Made by a program: the position numbers and the translations under genes
Source: a virus
Taxonomy: Duplodnaviria; Caudoviricetes
IMG/VR virus record: IMGVR_UViG_3300033121_000147
Span: 5,693 to 69,692 of that record
Length of the DNA: 64,000 bases
Strand: one strand, 5' to 3'
Notes under the pieces: generated by a model
The model's input: only the letters and a program-made list of their open reading frames with translations
Told to the model about the DNA's origin: nothing
Database searches by the model: none
In this document: piece by piece, positions 48,682 through 57,416 of the stretch
Numbering within the stretch: position 1 is the first letter of the stretch
How the letters are laid out: every line of letters begins with the position of its first letter

Positions 48682-49490
48682 TAGTTCTCACCTGCACTTG
48701 CGATTGACTTCGAGAGAATTAGTCTGTACTTGGTATTCTCCTCAAAGTACTCATAGTTCGGAGTGTTGTAAACAGTAGCGGTAGAAGGAGTCGCAGCCTC
48801 TGGGTAGTGATCTACTGAGGGTAGGTCGACATAGATTGTGTTGCCAGAACTGGATACCTGCACCTCAAGGTTCTGCCAACGAGAGGGGCCGCGTACTACC
48901 GATCGCTTCTGTAGCTTAACTGTCTCTGCTGTAATAGTGCCGAGATCAGGAGGGCTGGTGAACGTCACAGCTAGGCGACCGTTGTTGTAATCTGGCGGCA
49001 GATAGAAGTCACCTAGGAGAGGATCACTCTCATCTACACCGAAGGGAACAGTAGATCCTGTGGTCCCCAGTGAAGTGACGTCAAACACTGCCGTCTTGAT
49101 CGAGTAGTCAACAATCTCAGGCGGTGTCTCTAGCGGCACATCGATAGGGTTTACTACATCGTCTGCCTCACCTGTGGTGAAGGTGATAGCAATAGGGCTG
49201 AGTACGTGGCCTACAACAGTTTGGAGATTAGAGATCGTGAGCTTGTAGTCTGTACTCGGCTCAAGTACATCATCGAGCCAGCGTAGCTGCAGGACTCGCG
49301 AGATCGAATTGTAGTCTTCCTTGATGATGATTTCTTGGAAGGCATCGTCCACCACAACGGGAGTTGCTTGATCGAGTGTCAGCACGAAGTTGTCGTTAAC
49401 TAGTGTAGCGGTCTTCAGGGATACAGAGAACTTCAGGTCGATCGTATCATTATCGATGTTGAAGTCTTCCAACAGATCTGTCAGGGCCAT
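48681..49490 (-). CDS. Ig-like (Big_5/SbsA-like) tandem-domain capsid-associated protein
   Basis: IDLKFS..L..ATL..N.VL...LEPSTDYKLTISNL and a second copy (VTFTSPPD..TIT..TVKL...KYRLILSKSI). Start at ATG 49490 with AGAGGA RBS. Confidence 0.7.
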   Translation of the reverse strand: MALTDLLEDFNIDNDTIDLKFSVSLKTATLVNDNFVLTLDQATPVVVDDAFQEIIIKEDYNSISRVLQLRWLDDVLEPSTDYKLTISNLQTVVGHVLSPIAITFTTGEADDVVNPIDVPLETPPEIVDYSIKTAVFDVTSLGTTGSTVPFGVDESDPLLGDFYLPPDYNNGRLAVTFTSPPDLGTITAETVKLQKRSVVRGPSRWQNLEVQVSSSGNTIYVDLPSVDHYPEAATPSTATVYNTPNYEYFEENTKYRLILSKSIASAGEN

Positions 49491-49500
49491 ATCAATCCTC

Positions 49501-50076
49501 TTAGGTAATCCACCACTGAGTGCCATCAGACACTACGGTGACAGAGTCGTACTGAGCTTCTAGGTTGTAAGTGTTAGCGGCGTCTATCAGCTCAGAGCCA
49601 TTGCCTTTGACTACAACAACGTTGGCGGTGGCATCCTTCTTCTTGAACTCGAATCGCAGACCATCACTACTGGTAGCTACTGGTAACGTAAGTGTTACGG
49701 TGCCTGAAGTAGCATCCACGACATGTAGGTAGTTGCTCCGAACAACTGTCTGGTTACTTGAAAAGGTTGAGACCTGCCACGTGCGAGCAAGGTCGTCCAC
49801 CGAATAGATGTGGGAGACTGTAGCGCCGATAGAGTGCTGAGATGCAGAAGTGCCGTCAAGACCTCTCGTAACCCCTGTAAGAGTAGAGCCAGTCTTGCCG
49901 GTGTAGCTGAAGATCTCGATCCCAGCGTTGTCATAGTCGATCGCCCCAATAGCCACGTCACCAGCTCCAGGTGTTGGCCAACCCGAAGTGCCGTCGACAT
50001 TAAGCGCTGCAGCGCCGATGCTGAGCGTAGAAGTCAGGGTTGTCTTTTGAGCTGCGTTCGAGAATACTCTGGCCAT
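49501..50076 (-). CDS. Virion accessory (head decoration/fibre-like) protein
   Basis: EIFSYTGKTGSTLTGVTRGLDGT N-domain; C-terminal VDATSG.VT.TLP...SDGTQWWI module. Confidence 0.65.
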   Translation of the reverse strand: MARVFSNAAQKTTLTSTLSIGAAALNVDGTSGWPTPGAGDVAIGAIDYDNAGIEIFSYTGKTGSTLTGVTRGLDGTSASQHSIGATVSHIYSVDDLARTWQVSTFSSNQTVVRSNYLHVVDATSGTVTLTLPVATSSDGLRFEFKKKDATANVVVVKGNGSELIDAANTYNLEAQYDSVTVVSDGTQWWIT

Positions 50077-50114
50077 CTGTGGTGCACCCTCCTAGGAAAC
50101 TACTCCATATAGTA

Positions 50115-50147
50115 AACGAGAGGCAGCCATTATGACCACCTCTCGTT
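50115..50147 (-). terminator. Intrinsic terminator after the major capsid gene
   Basis: AACGAGAGG...CCTCTCGTT stem extended by G:U pairs; immediately followed by TTTACTATAT (50107-50117). Confidence 0.75.
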
Positions 50148-50186
50148 CGCAATAAGTCCAGTTGTAGGTTGTTGCTATGCCGAAGC

Positions 50187-51239
50187 TTAGACAGCGTGAG
50201 TTGTCTGAACCTCGTAGTTACGTGCGAGACGTACGTTCTTAGCAACCGTGATACCTTCACCATCACCTAGCATGATGATGTCGTAGCGCTCCTTCAGCTT
50301 CATCGAGCGAATGTCACGAGTTGGGTCGTTCCACTCATCCGTTGACATGTCGTCCTTGACCAGCATTACACCAACTTCGCTGCGGTCAATAAGGAACACA
50401 TCTGACTTGGCTGGGGTAGCACCGCTCTTGGCGGTGAAACTCACGAACGGTGACACTAGCACATTTAGACCTAGAGGAGCGGTTGAGTTAACAACACCCT
50501 CCTTCGAGCCTAGCTTGCGCTCACGGGCACCCTGATAGTTCGCACCGTCAGGACCGTGGAATGCCTCGTTCTTCAGGAAGATGCTCCACATAAGTGGGTG
50601 GACAATGAAGTCCGTGGCGACGTGGTTCTCTGCCATTAGAACGGCAGCCATGTCAACAACATCATCCCATGTCATTGTCAGGTTAGCTGTACCAGCGTAA
50701 CCTAGACCTGTAGTATCATCGACAGCACCGTTGTCGTTATCGAACACGACTGTGGCAGCACCGGCGAAACGAGCTAGAGCAATCTGCTCCTTGAGACGGG
50801 CCATGGCTCGACCAGCAGCGCGGACGTGTAGACCGACGATATCCCAAAGTGAGTCCTGGATGACTTCCTCTGTGAATACAATCTTCACACCCTTCTTGCT
50901 GACCTTACCCTCGATCTGCTTGGCGAACGCCAGAGCCTGCTCTGGGTACTCCTGGCCTTCAGGAATCTCAGCGGCCTGAATAGCGTTGACAGCTGGGAAC
51001 TCCATCGAGCGACCCTTACCAAGACGCACTGTTGACAGGAGGGGAGTGATAAGCGCCTCTGGCTCAGCTGCTTCTCGTAGCGTACGGTTGATGATTCGAG
51101 GGAACAGAATAGGAGCATCGGGAGAAGCGAAAGCTTCCTTAATGGTTACTCGGCTATCCTCGTTGATGTATCCGTCCTCAACGAATGCCTTCTCCCAAGC
51201 AGGGAGTTCGCTGAGAAGTTCTTTGATAGGCTTACTCAT
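50187..51239 (-). CDS. Major capsid protein (HK97-type)
   Basis: 350 aa; EIPEGQEYPEQ, KKGVKIVFTEEVIQDSLWD, AGRAMARLKE, DP..D.....KERY; strong terminator downstream. Confidence 0.9.
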   Translation of the reverse strand: MSKPIKELLSELPAWEKAFVEDGYINEDSRVTIKEAFASPDAPILFPRIINRTLREAAEPEALITPLLSTVRLGKGRSMEFPAVNAIQAAEIPEGQEYPEQALAFAKQIEGKVSKKGVKIVFTEEVIQDSLWDIVGLHVRAAGRAMARLKEQIALARFAGAATVVFDNDNGAVDDTTGLGYAGTANLTMTWDDVVDMAAVLMAENHVATDFIVHPLMWSIFLKNEAFHGPDGANYQGARERKLGSKEGVVNSTAPLGLNVLVSPFVSFTAKSGATPAKSDVFLIDRSEVGVMLVKDDMSTDEWNDPTRDIRSMKLKERYDIIMLGDGEGITVAKNVRLARNYEVQTTHAV

Positions 51240-51277
51240 CGGAATGTATATTCCTCCTGTGATTAAACTCTACTGCT

Positions 51278-52027
51278 TTAGAGAGTTAGATTGACGCGGA
51301 ATGCACCCAGGACGTTAGCAACGTCGAGGTTGGCTCTGATACCCAGCTTGCCATTGTAGGTACCTGTCTTGCTTAGCTCGTAGACAAGCTTGAGAGCACC
51401 TGGGTCAGAAGGTAGCACCATGTAGGACAGCAGACCATCATCGAAGTTGGTAGCGAAGTACTCGACTTCGATAACCTTACCAACCTGAAGATAATGCTCG
51501 TTAGTGCCCTTGGTGAACAGCATTGGGCGACCCATGTGGTCGGCCTTCACTAGATCACCCGGTACGAGTGTTGAGTTAAGACCAGCAACTAGAGGCCACT
51601 CTACGTAACCCTGAGCGATCCAGCCGCCACCCTGTGACGTGCCCTTATCGAAGGGACGGTACAGGTCGTACTGTGCGCAACCAATCGGCACAGTCTTAGC
51701 TGGGACAGTAACGGTATCGGTGTCACCTGATACGTTAGTAGGAGTAGCGCCCGTCTCCGGATCGATGGTATCGGCGTCGCCCCATGCCTGGGTTGAAGCA
51801 GTACCGTTAGCCGGAATTAGACGGGAATCGTCATTGGAATCCTTGTAGACACTAAGAATGGTGCCCTTAGGGATGACGATCTCAAAACGGTCATCCTCAT
51901 AGTCGGTGTACCAGGTTGGCAGAGCGACGTGAGGCAGGAGGTACGTAGCTGGGGCGATGCCCTCTGACACTACGAAACGACCTGAACCGTTCTTGTTGTT
52001 TACCTTACGAAATTGTGCAAGACTCAT
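51278..52027 (-). CDS. Capsid decoration/cement-like protein
   Basis: Between scaffold and capsid; L.PGDLVKAD..GR, QVGKVI pattern; AAGGAG RBS. Confidence 0.7.
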   Translation of the reverse strand: MSLAQFRKVNNKNGSGRFVVSEGIAPATYLLPHVALPTWYTDYEDDRFEIVIPKGTILSVYKDSNDDSRLIPANGTASTQAWGDADTIDPETGATPTNVSGDTDTVTVPAKTVPIGCAQYDLYRPFDKGTSQGGGWIAQGYVEWPLVAGLNSTLVPGDLVKADHMGRPMLFTKGTNEHYLQVGKVIEVEYFATNFDDGLLSYMVLPSDPGALKLVYELSKTGTYNGKLGIRANLDVANVLGAFRVNLTL

Positions 52028-52062
52028 TTGAGTATGTCTCCTTTAGAAGTGTTTCGAAGAAA

Positions 52063-53649
52063 CTACAGTAGGCGGCGGCCCATGAGAGCGCTTACAAAGA
52101 TGTCCTCAGCCTCACGAATTGCATCGGCGTCAGTCGTCTCCTCAGCATCCTCATGCTGCTCCTCGACGTCTACAGTCTGAGTGTTGGGCTCATCGCCCTC
52201 AACTACTACTGTCTCGTCTTTCATCTCTGACTCTAGTCCTTCGATTAGGGTCTTCGACTTCGGAGCCTTTCTCAGATCACGCAGTGAGTCCGCGAGTGAC
52301 GATGCTGTACGCGTGTCATGCTCCTCGATCTCAGTTGCACGGTCTGCCGACTCGATCATGCCAGCTTCAATCTTGGCATCAACGACTCGCTCAGCTAGTG
52401 AACGCTTCATAACCGTTCGTAGCTTCGTGTTGGTTTCCTCTAGAGTAGAGACCTTGGCGGTTAGCTCTTCTACACTTTGCTCAAGCGCCGCAATCTGGGT
52501 CTTGAGTTCTGTATCATCAGCGTCCTCAGTCGCCTCGTCTAGAGAAGTCGCGTCGGCCTCTTCGCCTTCGCGGCTCTTTGGCGCACCCTTCGAAGTTTCT
52601 GCGTCAACGTCGGAGTTGTGTGACTTCTCCTGGCCTTCGGCCCGTTCTGCTTCTTCGCTGTCGGATTCGTCGCCTGTGTTGGTATCGGCCTCAGCTGCAG
52701 CGAGATCAGCACTTAGTCCTTCAGTAACTGCAAGGATGTCGTCCTCATGTGCCTCGTTCTCTACAACCTCGGTATCTTCATTAGCCATTTTCGTCTCCTC
52801 AGAGTCTGTTTCGATACCATCGATATCTTTAGTATCGTTTATACGTCCTTTTACACCATCTTCTTCAGACAAAATTTGAGCCTCGATGAATGCACCCTTC
52901 ATCTCACGATAGAGCGGGGCTGCTTCTCTCTTCTTCATGTCAGCCAAAATGTCACGGCCTTGATCGTCAGACTCAACAAATTCGACGATCTCTTCCTCGT
53001 CCATGTCTAGCACGAAGAAGCGAGTCTTGTTGTTCCAGCCCTCATCAATGTCAATGGTGCTCTCCTGAATCCCTCGGATAGATGAGAGAGAGTCGGAAGG
53101 CATATTGACGATTGAATACTCCTTGAAGTCAATCTGTGCCATCTTCAAGGTGGCGATCTGACCCTTGTAGCTTCTACCTCTGCGGTGAGCACATGGAGCG
53201 CGGTTGCTCTCCTTGACTACTGCCCAGTCAGTGTTGCAAACACTGCAGACAGCCTCGTCCGTCTTACCGCCTACAGAACCTGTGAGGTAGCGGCGATCTA
53301 GAACCTTCTGTACAGCCTGGGGATCTGTAATGGCTGCCTGGAGCTTGATGTATGGAGTACCATCATCCTCCTTAGCCATAGCAGCACCAATAACACGACC
53401 AATAGGCTCGGTGAGCTTGTCGTGGTTCATGATGATCGGCTTGTTGTAGGGCTTCAACCATGTTTCGACAGCTGCGGTTAGAGCTTCAGTCGTGTACTCA
53501 TTGTAGTTAGCAGTGATGCCTGAGTGAATAGCCGCGATCTCGATGATTAGACCGTGCTTATTCTTGTACTCGCTCTCCGAGAAGTGAGTGAGCTGCTGCT
53601 CCACGTCTGGGATGGTTACTTTGAAGGTCTCTTGGAAGTCGAATGCCAT
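52063..53649 (-). CDS. Prohead protease fused to an acidic scaffold domain
   Basis: IIMNHD, PIGRVI, YLTGSVG, EYSIVNMPSD protease motifs; Glu/Asp-rich coiled-coil C-half. Start at ATG 53649 (GGAG RBS). Confidence 0.85.
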   Translation of the reverse strand: MAFDFQETFKVTIPDVEQQLTHFSESEYKNKHGLIIEIAAIHSGITANYNEYTTEALTAAVETWLKPYNKPIIMNHDKLTEPIGRVIGAAMAKEDDGTPYIKLQAAITDPQAVQKVLDRRYLTGSVGGKTDEAVCSVCNTDWAVVKESNRAPCAHRRGRSYKGQIATLKMAQIDFKEYSIVNMPSDSLSSIRGIQESTIDIDEGWNNKTRFFVLDMDEEEIVEFVESDDQGRDILADMKKREAAPLYREMKGAFIEAQILSEEDGVKGRINDTKDIDGIETDSEETKMANEDTEVVENEAHEDDILAVTEGLSADLAAAEADTNTGDESDSEEAERAEGQEKSHNSDVDAETSKGAPKSREGEEADATSLDEATEDADDTELKTQIAALEQSVEELTAKVSTLEETNTKLRTVMKRSLAERVVDAKIEAGMIESADRATEIEEHDTRTASSLADSLRDLRKAPKSKTLIEGLESEMKDETVVVEGDEPNTQTVDVEEQHEDAEETTDADAIREAEDIFVSALMGRRLL

Positions 53650-53687
53650 GGTTGTGCGCTCCAAATTGTCTAAAGGGCTCTAGGGAG

Positions 53688-53720
53688 ATATAGTAAAAGG
53701 CAAGGCTGTGATACAACCTT
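53688..53720 (-). promoter_or_regulatory. Hairpin terminator (53702-53720) followed by TTTTACTATAT motif (53688-53698)
   Basis: AAGGTTGT-ATC-ACAGCCTT stem, then GCCTTTT, then TACTATAT ~39 nt before the protease ATG. Confidence 0.55.
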
Positions 53721-53732
53721 TATGTCTGACTT

Positions 53733-54494
53733 TTACAGGCTTAGGGAAGGGGCTCGCATGTCTCCATGCAGCTTGTAGAGTCTGAGCTGTTCCTTGTGCA
53801 TGATGTGTGGGGCGTAGATCGATGTAGCTGAGAAGAGTTTGAAGTTGTGACGTGTGGCCTCTGCCGACCAACCCAGATCCTCACCCTGCTTGTGCCAACG
53901 ATAGTCAACCGACTGATACACAGCCTTAGACATCATGACTGCACCCATGATGATATCAGATTGGAAGTCCGTCCCAATAGGATACTCGTTTACAGGGCGC
54001 TGAGCTCGACCACCTGGATGGTCATACCAACTCATCATGTTAGGGTAATCTGTGCCTTCAGGCCACATGTAACATAGTGGTGAAGCAGCATTTGCGATCT
54101 CTGTCAGCCTACACAGCTTCTCAATGGTATAGGGATCCTCAATCAAGATGTCAGAGTCTAATGAGAAATACCGCTCTGGCTCTAGGCATCTGACCCGCTT
54201 GAGGAGGTTGTTACGAAGAGTAGACATCTTCAAGAAGTCTTCCTTCGGCCAGATCCTCATACCTTCAGGGTGATGGCGGTGCTTGATATCGGTCCGTACA
54301 ATCCCATCGAATACTCGTACCTCGGGATGGGCGGAGTGCCAATCCCAGAGAGCTTGATGCGTTCCCTCGTCATTGTCACCGAGTTCGAAGATGAACCCTA
54401 GCTCGCTAAGGGGTACGGTCTGATTCTCAATACAGCGGAACCATTCGTGGATGATCCACTCGCGTTGATAGATTGGAAGACCGATCAGGATCAT
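53733..54494 (-). CDS. GT-A fold glycosyltransferase (GT2-like)
   Basis: ILIGLPIY, RNNLL, FSLDSD (DxD), GAVMMS, GEDLGW, C-terminal APHI. Confidence 0.8.
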   Translation of the reverse strand: MILIGLPIYQREWIIHEWFRCIENQTVPLSELGFIFELGDNDEGTHQALWDWHSAHPEVRVFDGIVRTDIKHRHHPEGMRIWPKEDFLKMSTLRNNLLKRVRCLEPERYFSLDSDILIEDPYTIEKLCRLTEIANAASPLCYMWPEGTDYPNMMSWYDHPGGRAQRPVNEYPIGTDFQSDIIMGAVMMSKAVYQSVDYRWHKQGEDLGWSAEATRHNFKLFSATSIYAPHIMHKEQLRLYKLHGDMRAPSLSL

Positions 54495-54721
54495 TAGTCC
54501 TCGCTCAACTCCACGCCACAGTATACGTACTTGAACTGTGCAGCGCCGACTTTACGGAGCATGTAATGGTGGAACTCAATGGGACCACCATTACGCAGAG
54601 CTTCTTTGAAGTCTAGTACTGACTGATAGACATCTCCAGGGAGATCATCAGGTTGCTTAAACAACAGGTCGCCATCCATGGGTCCTCCATAGAATTCGAC
54701 TCTGCAGTTATCCAGCAACAT
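54494..54721 (-). CDS. Small hypothetical protein
   Basis: 75 aa, FYGGPMDG motif, coupled to neighbours. Confidence 0.6.
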   Translation of the reverse strand: MLLDNCRVEFYGGPMDGDLLFKQPDDLPGDVYQSVLDFKEALRNGGPIEFHHYMLRKVGAAQFKYVYCGVELSED

Positions 54722-54989
54722 CAGCTGTCTCCTCGGCAGCCTTAGCAGGAGCCTTCTTAGCTACTGCAGGCTTGGCTGCCTCTAGTGTCTCAACGCGAAC
54801 CTGTAGTTCGTCTACCGTACGAACCAACGCATCAATGATGTCTGATGCATACTCAAGAGCAAGCTGGGCCTGGTTATTCTTGACCGCCTTTTCAAATCCC
54901 TTGATACGGTCCTCATCCCACTGCCACAGGTAACGGGCTGCCATGTCGGGTGTGCGCTTTTCTGATTCACGTTCTCTGTAATCTAGCAT
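54708..54989 (-). CDS. Small coiled-coil hypothetical protein
   Basis: 93 aa, helical, with a Lys/Ala-rich tail; follows the portal. Confidence 0.6.
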   Translation of the reverse strand: MLDYRERESEKRTPDMAARYLWQWDEDRIKGFEKAVKNNQAQLALEYASDIIDALVRTVDELQVRVETLEAAKPAVAKKAPAKAAEETADVAG

Positions 54990-54991
54990 GC

Positions 54992-56647
54992 TTACTCCTC
55001 AAATGTTTGATCTGTGTCTAACAACTCTACCACATTGTCTAACCACATGTCTTCAGCTTCGTTATCATCGTGTCTGATGTTTGGTGAGGTACGGGATCCG
55101 AATTGGTTCGTGGGCCTAATCACATTACCCGAGCCTCGTTTGGTGTTCTTCATGTTAGGCCGCCCACCCTTAGATGGCTTCTGTGCGTTAGGGCGCAGAG
55201 CATCTGGCGGAGTGGTGTCAATGATTTTGGCTGGCTTAGTGCCACCAGTCTGTGTCTTCTCTCCAGGAACAACCTGAGTAGTTGGCGTCAAACGCGCCTG
55301 CAGAGCAGCCATAGTGTCTGACTCATCCTGCTGCGGATCCATACCCAGTTGGCCACGAGTCTCACTGATGCCTTGAATGTTGGAGTTGGCCTTGTTGATG
55401 GAGTGAGTCTCCTTCTTGACCTGTGTGTCAACATCAATCTCGTGGAACTGCATCAAGCAGCGGTCTGAAACGTCGTCATCCTTAGGGCTATGCATTGGGT
55501 CGTAGCCGCCCTCATACAGGAGCTCATTGAAGATGAACAAGCGCACCTGATCTGCGAAGTACGACTGGTATTCCTTGACTCTGTCGTATAGGGCGATGTC
55601 CATGCGGTCAGCTACTGCTGACGAACCAGCACCAAGGCTCATCATGCCAAGGTGAAGTGGGAACATGCCAAGACCATTAGCTACGCGTTCCTTCATGTTC
55701 TTGAGGTATGGATCGGCATCGAGGACATGCTCTCCGCCGCCAATAACATCAACGTCATGACGCTCAGGGAGGATTAGACCACCCTCAACGCGAAGATCCT
55801 CAATGGTGTTAGCGGCCTTCTCGATCTCTGCTTGACTAGCGGGAAAGTCCTCTGAACCGATTGAGTACTTGTAGAGAGGGAAGAGCTCGCGATGAACGAG
55901 GTTCTCTGTATCTTCTTCAAGCTGACGAAGAGCTACAACATCATCAAGCACTGCAGTGAGGTATGGTGTGCCCCATGCTCGACCTGTCTTCTGATCTCTA
56001 CGTAGGTGAATTACGTCTTTAGCCATCCACTCAGGAGACATCTTGCCCCTGCTTCTAGATGACAGTGACCAGTCCTCATCAATACGTTGACGGTACTTCA
56101 CTGGACGGTTGTGAGCGTCACGCATGATCTCTACCGTCTCTACTGGAATGATGTAGTAGCCGACGATAGGCTTGCGTCCATCGGGTGGGCTGAGCTTGCC
56201 AGGGAAGTACTTCTCAAGATCTCCACGTGAACGTACGATGAATACGTTGTGGAACTTGACTAGCTGGTCCACTACTTCAGACAGGAAGTCCTGGAATGGA
56301 CGCTGCATGGCAATCTCCATGAAGTCCAAACGCTGGTAGATGTAGTCAACAGTCTCAGGGTTCTCACCCACGACATCCCATCCCTCTTTCCAGAAGAGGT
56401 CACGGAACTTCATGAAGGACTGTCGCACATAGGAATCCGTATCTACAGCCTGGATGATACGGTCGAAGTCGTAAGGAGATGGCTCAAATGCAGAACGGCC
56501 CCGGCTTACAAACGAAGTGCCCTGAAATCCGAGCGCCAATGTGGTAGCACGGATGAGCTTACTGACTGCCTTCTGGTCCTCAGGCTCTAAGATCTGAGCA
56601 GACTTTTTGGGAGCTTCGCCTAGCGGGAGAAAGTCTCTAAATCGCAT
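54992..56647 (-). CDS. Portal protein
   Basis: 551 aa between terminase and protease; VDQLVKFHNVFI, IPVETVEI, DVIHL, GTPYLTAVLDDV; GAGGTG RBS. Confidence 0.85.
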   Translation of the reverse strand: MRFRDFLPLGEAPKKSAQILEPEDQKAVSKLIRATTLALGFQGTSFVSRGRSAFEPSPYDFDRIIQAVDTDSYVRQSFMKFRDLFWKEGWDVVGENPETVDYIYQRLDFMEIAMQRPFQDFLSEVVDQLVKFHNVFIVRSRGDLEKYFPGKLSPPDGRKPIVGYYIIPVETVEIMRDAHNRPVKYRQRIDEDWSLSSRSRGKMSPEWMAKDVIHLRRDQKTGRAWGTPYLTAVLDDVVALRQLEEDTENLVHRELFPLYKYSIGSEDFPASQAEIEKAANTIEDLRVEGGLILPERHDVDVIGGGEHVLDADPYLKNMKERVANGLGMFPLHLGMMSLGAGSSAVADRMDIALYDRVKEYQSYFADQVRLFIFNELLYEGGYDPMHSPKDDDVSDRCLMQFHEIDVDTQVKKETHSINKANSNIQGISETRGQLGMDPQQDESDTMAALQARLTPTTQVVPGEKTQTGGTKPAKIIDTTPPDALRPNAQKPSKGGRPNMKNTKRGSGNVIRPTNQFGSRTSPNIRHDDNEAEDMWLDNVVELLDTDQTFEE

Positions 56648-56694
56648 TTATACACCTCTATGTAAGTTGAGGGTCAAGTATTCACAACTAGGCC

Positions 56695-56705
56695 TCTTAG
56701 TAACC
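56695..56705 (-). promoter_or_regulatory. Candidate late-promoter motif GGTTACTAAGA upstream of the portal
   Basis: Intergenic TTACTA copy ~48 nt before the ATG at 56647. Confidence 0.4.
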
Positions 56706-56744
56706 TATAAAAGTCGCATGGACCACCTTTTCGAACCTGTATAA

Positions 56745-56906
56745 CTAGGCTTCGGGTGGTGGTTCTTTCATTTGCTGCATGATCATATGCTCAACAAAGC
56801 GTAGCCATAGGACTACCTCTGGAATGCTAAGGTCTGTCTCATACGTGATATCGTGCTCACCGATGTTGATTACGATCTGAGCGGGTACAAACTCTTCTTC
56901 TGACAT
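56745..56906 (-). CDS. Small 53-aa protein missed by the ORF track (MSEEEFVPAQIVINIG...KEPPPEA)
   Basis: Manual translation; AAAGGA RBS; fills the spacer; codon use like the backbone. Confidence 0.65.
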   Translation of the reverse strand: MSEEEFVPAQIVINIGEHDITYETDLSIPEVVLWLRFVEHMIMQQMKEPPPEA

Positions 56907-56954
56907 GTCTATCCTTTATGTGAGTGTATATAGGTTGGTTCCATTATAGCAGAT

Positions 56955-57416
56955 CTAGACCGTCCACCACTCGATACCGTCTGACTGGAAGCTAGCATGC
57001 TCGTAGATCGCGTCGAGCAAGTACTCGGTCTGATCATCAATCGTGGCTGTACCTGGAATAGTACCACCACCAGCAGACACAACTGTGATAACGTTCGGAG
57101 AGGCATCGATGCGTTTCACTGTAATGATGCTTCTCTGTGAAGTACGGGCATCGGGTAGGGTGATCACTACGTCGCCCAAGTTAGAGTTAACTAAGACGGT
57201 ATGATCAGTCAGCTTAACAGAGTAGTTCTCGTTGACCTGAATGATCTCACCACGCACGCCCGACGTTTCGCTAGGATCCTCACTAAGTGTGTCAAACTCC
57301 AATGCTTGGGACCACTCAGAGTAGACGTTGAAATGGTTATAGCTGCGGACACGAACTGAATAGCGCACACCAGGTAGCAGTGTGGGTAAGTTGCGCTTGA
57401 CTTCTTGATAAGCCAT
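56955..57416 (-). CDS. Virion accessory protein: partial FN3-like segment + small C-terminal beta module
   Basis: LLPGVRYSVRVRSYN..YSEWS; C-terminal ITLP...SDGIEWWTV similar to 49501..50076. Confidence 0.65.
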   Translation of the reverse strand: MAYQEVKRNLPTLLPGVRYSVRVRSYNHFNVYSEWSQALEFDTLSEDPSETSGVRGEIIQVNENYSVKLTDHTVLVNSNLGDVVITLPDARTSQRSIITVKRIDASPNVITVVSAGGGTIPGTATIDDQTEYLLDAIYEHASFQSDGIEWWTV

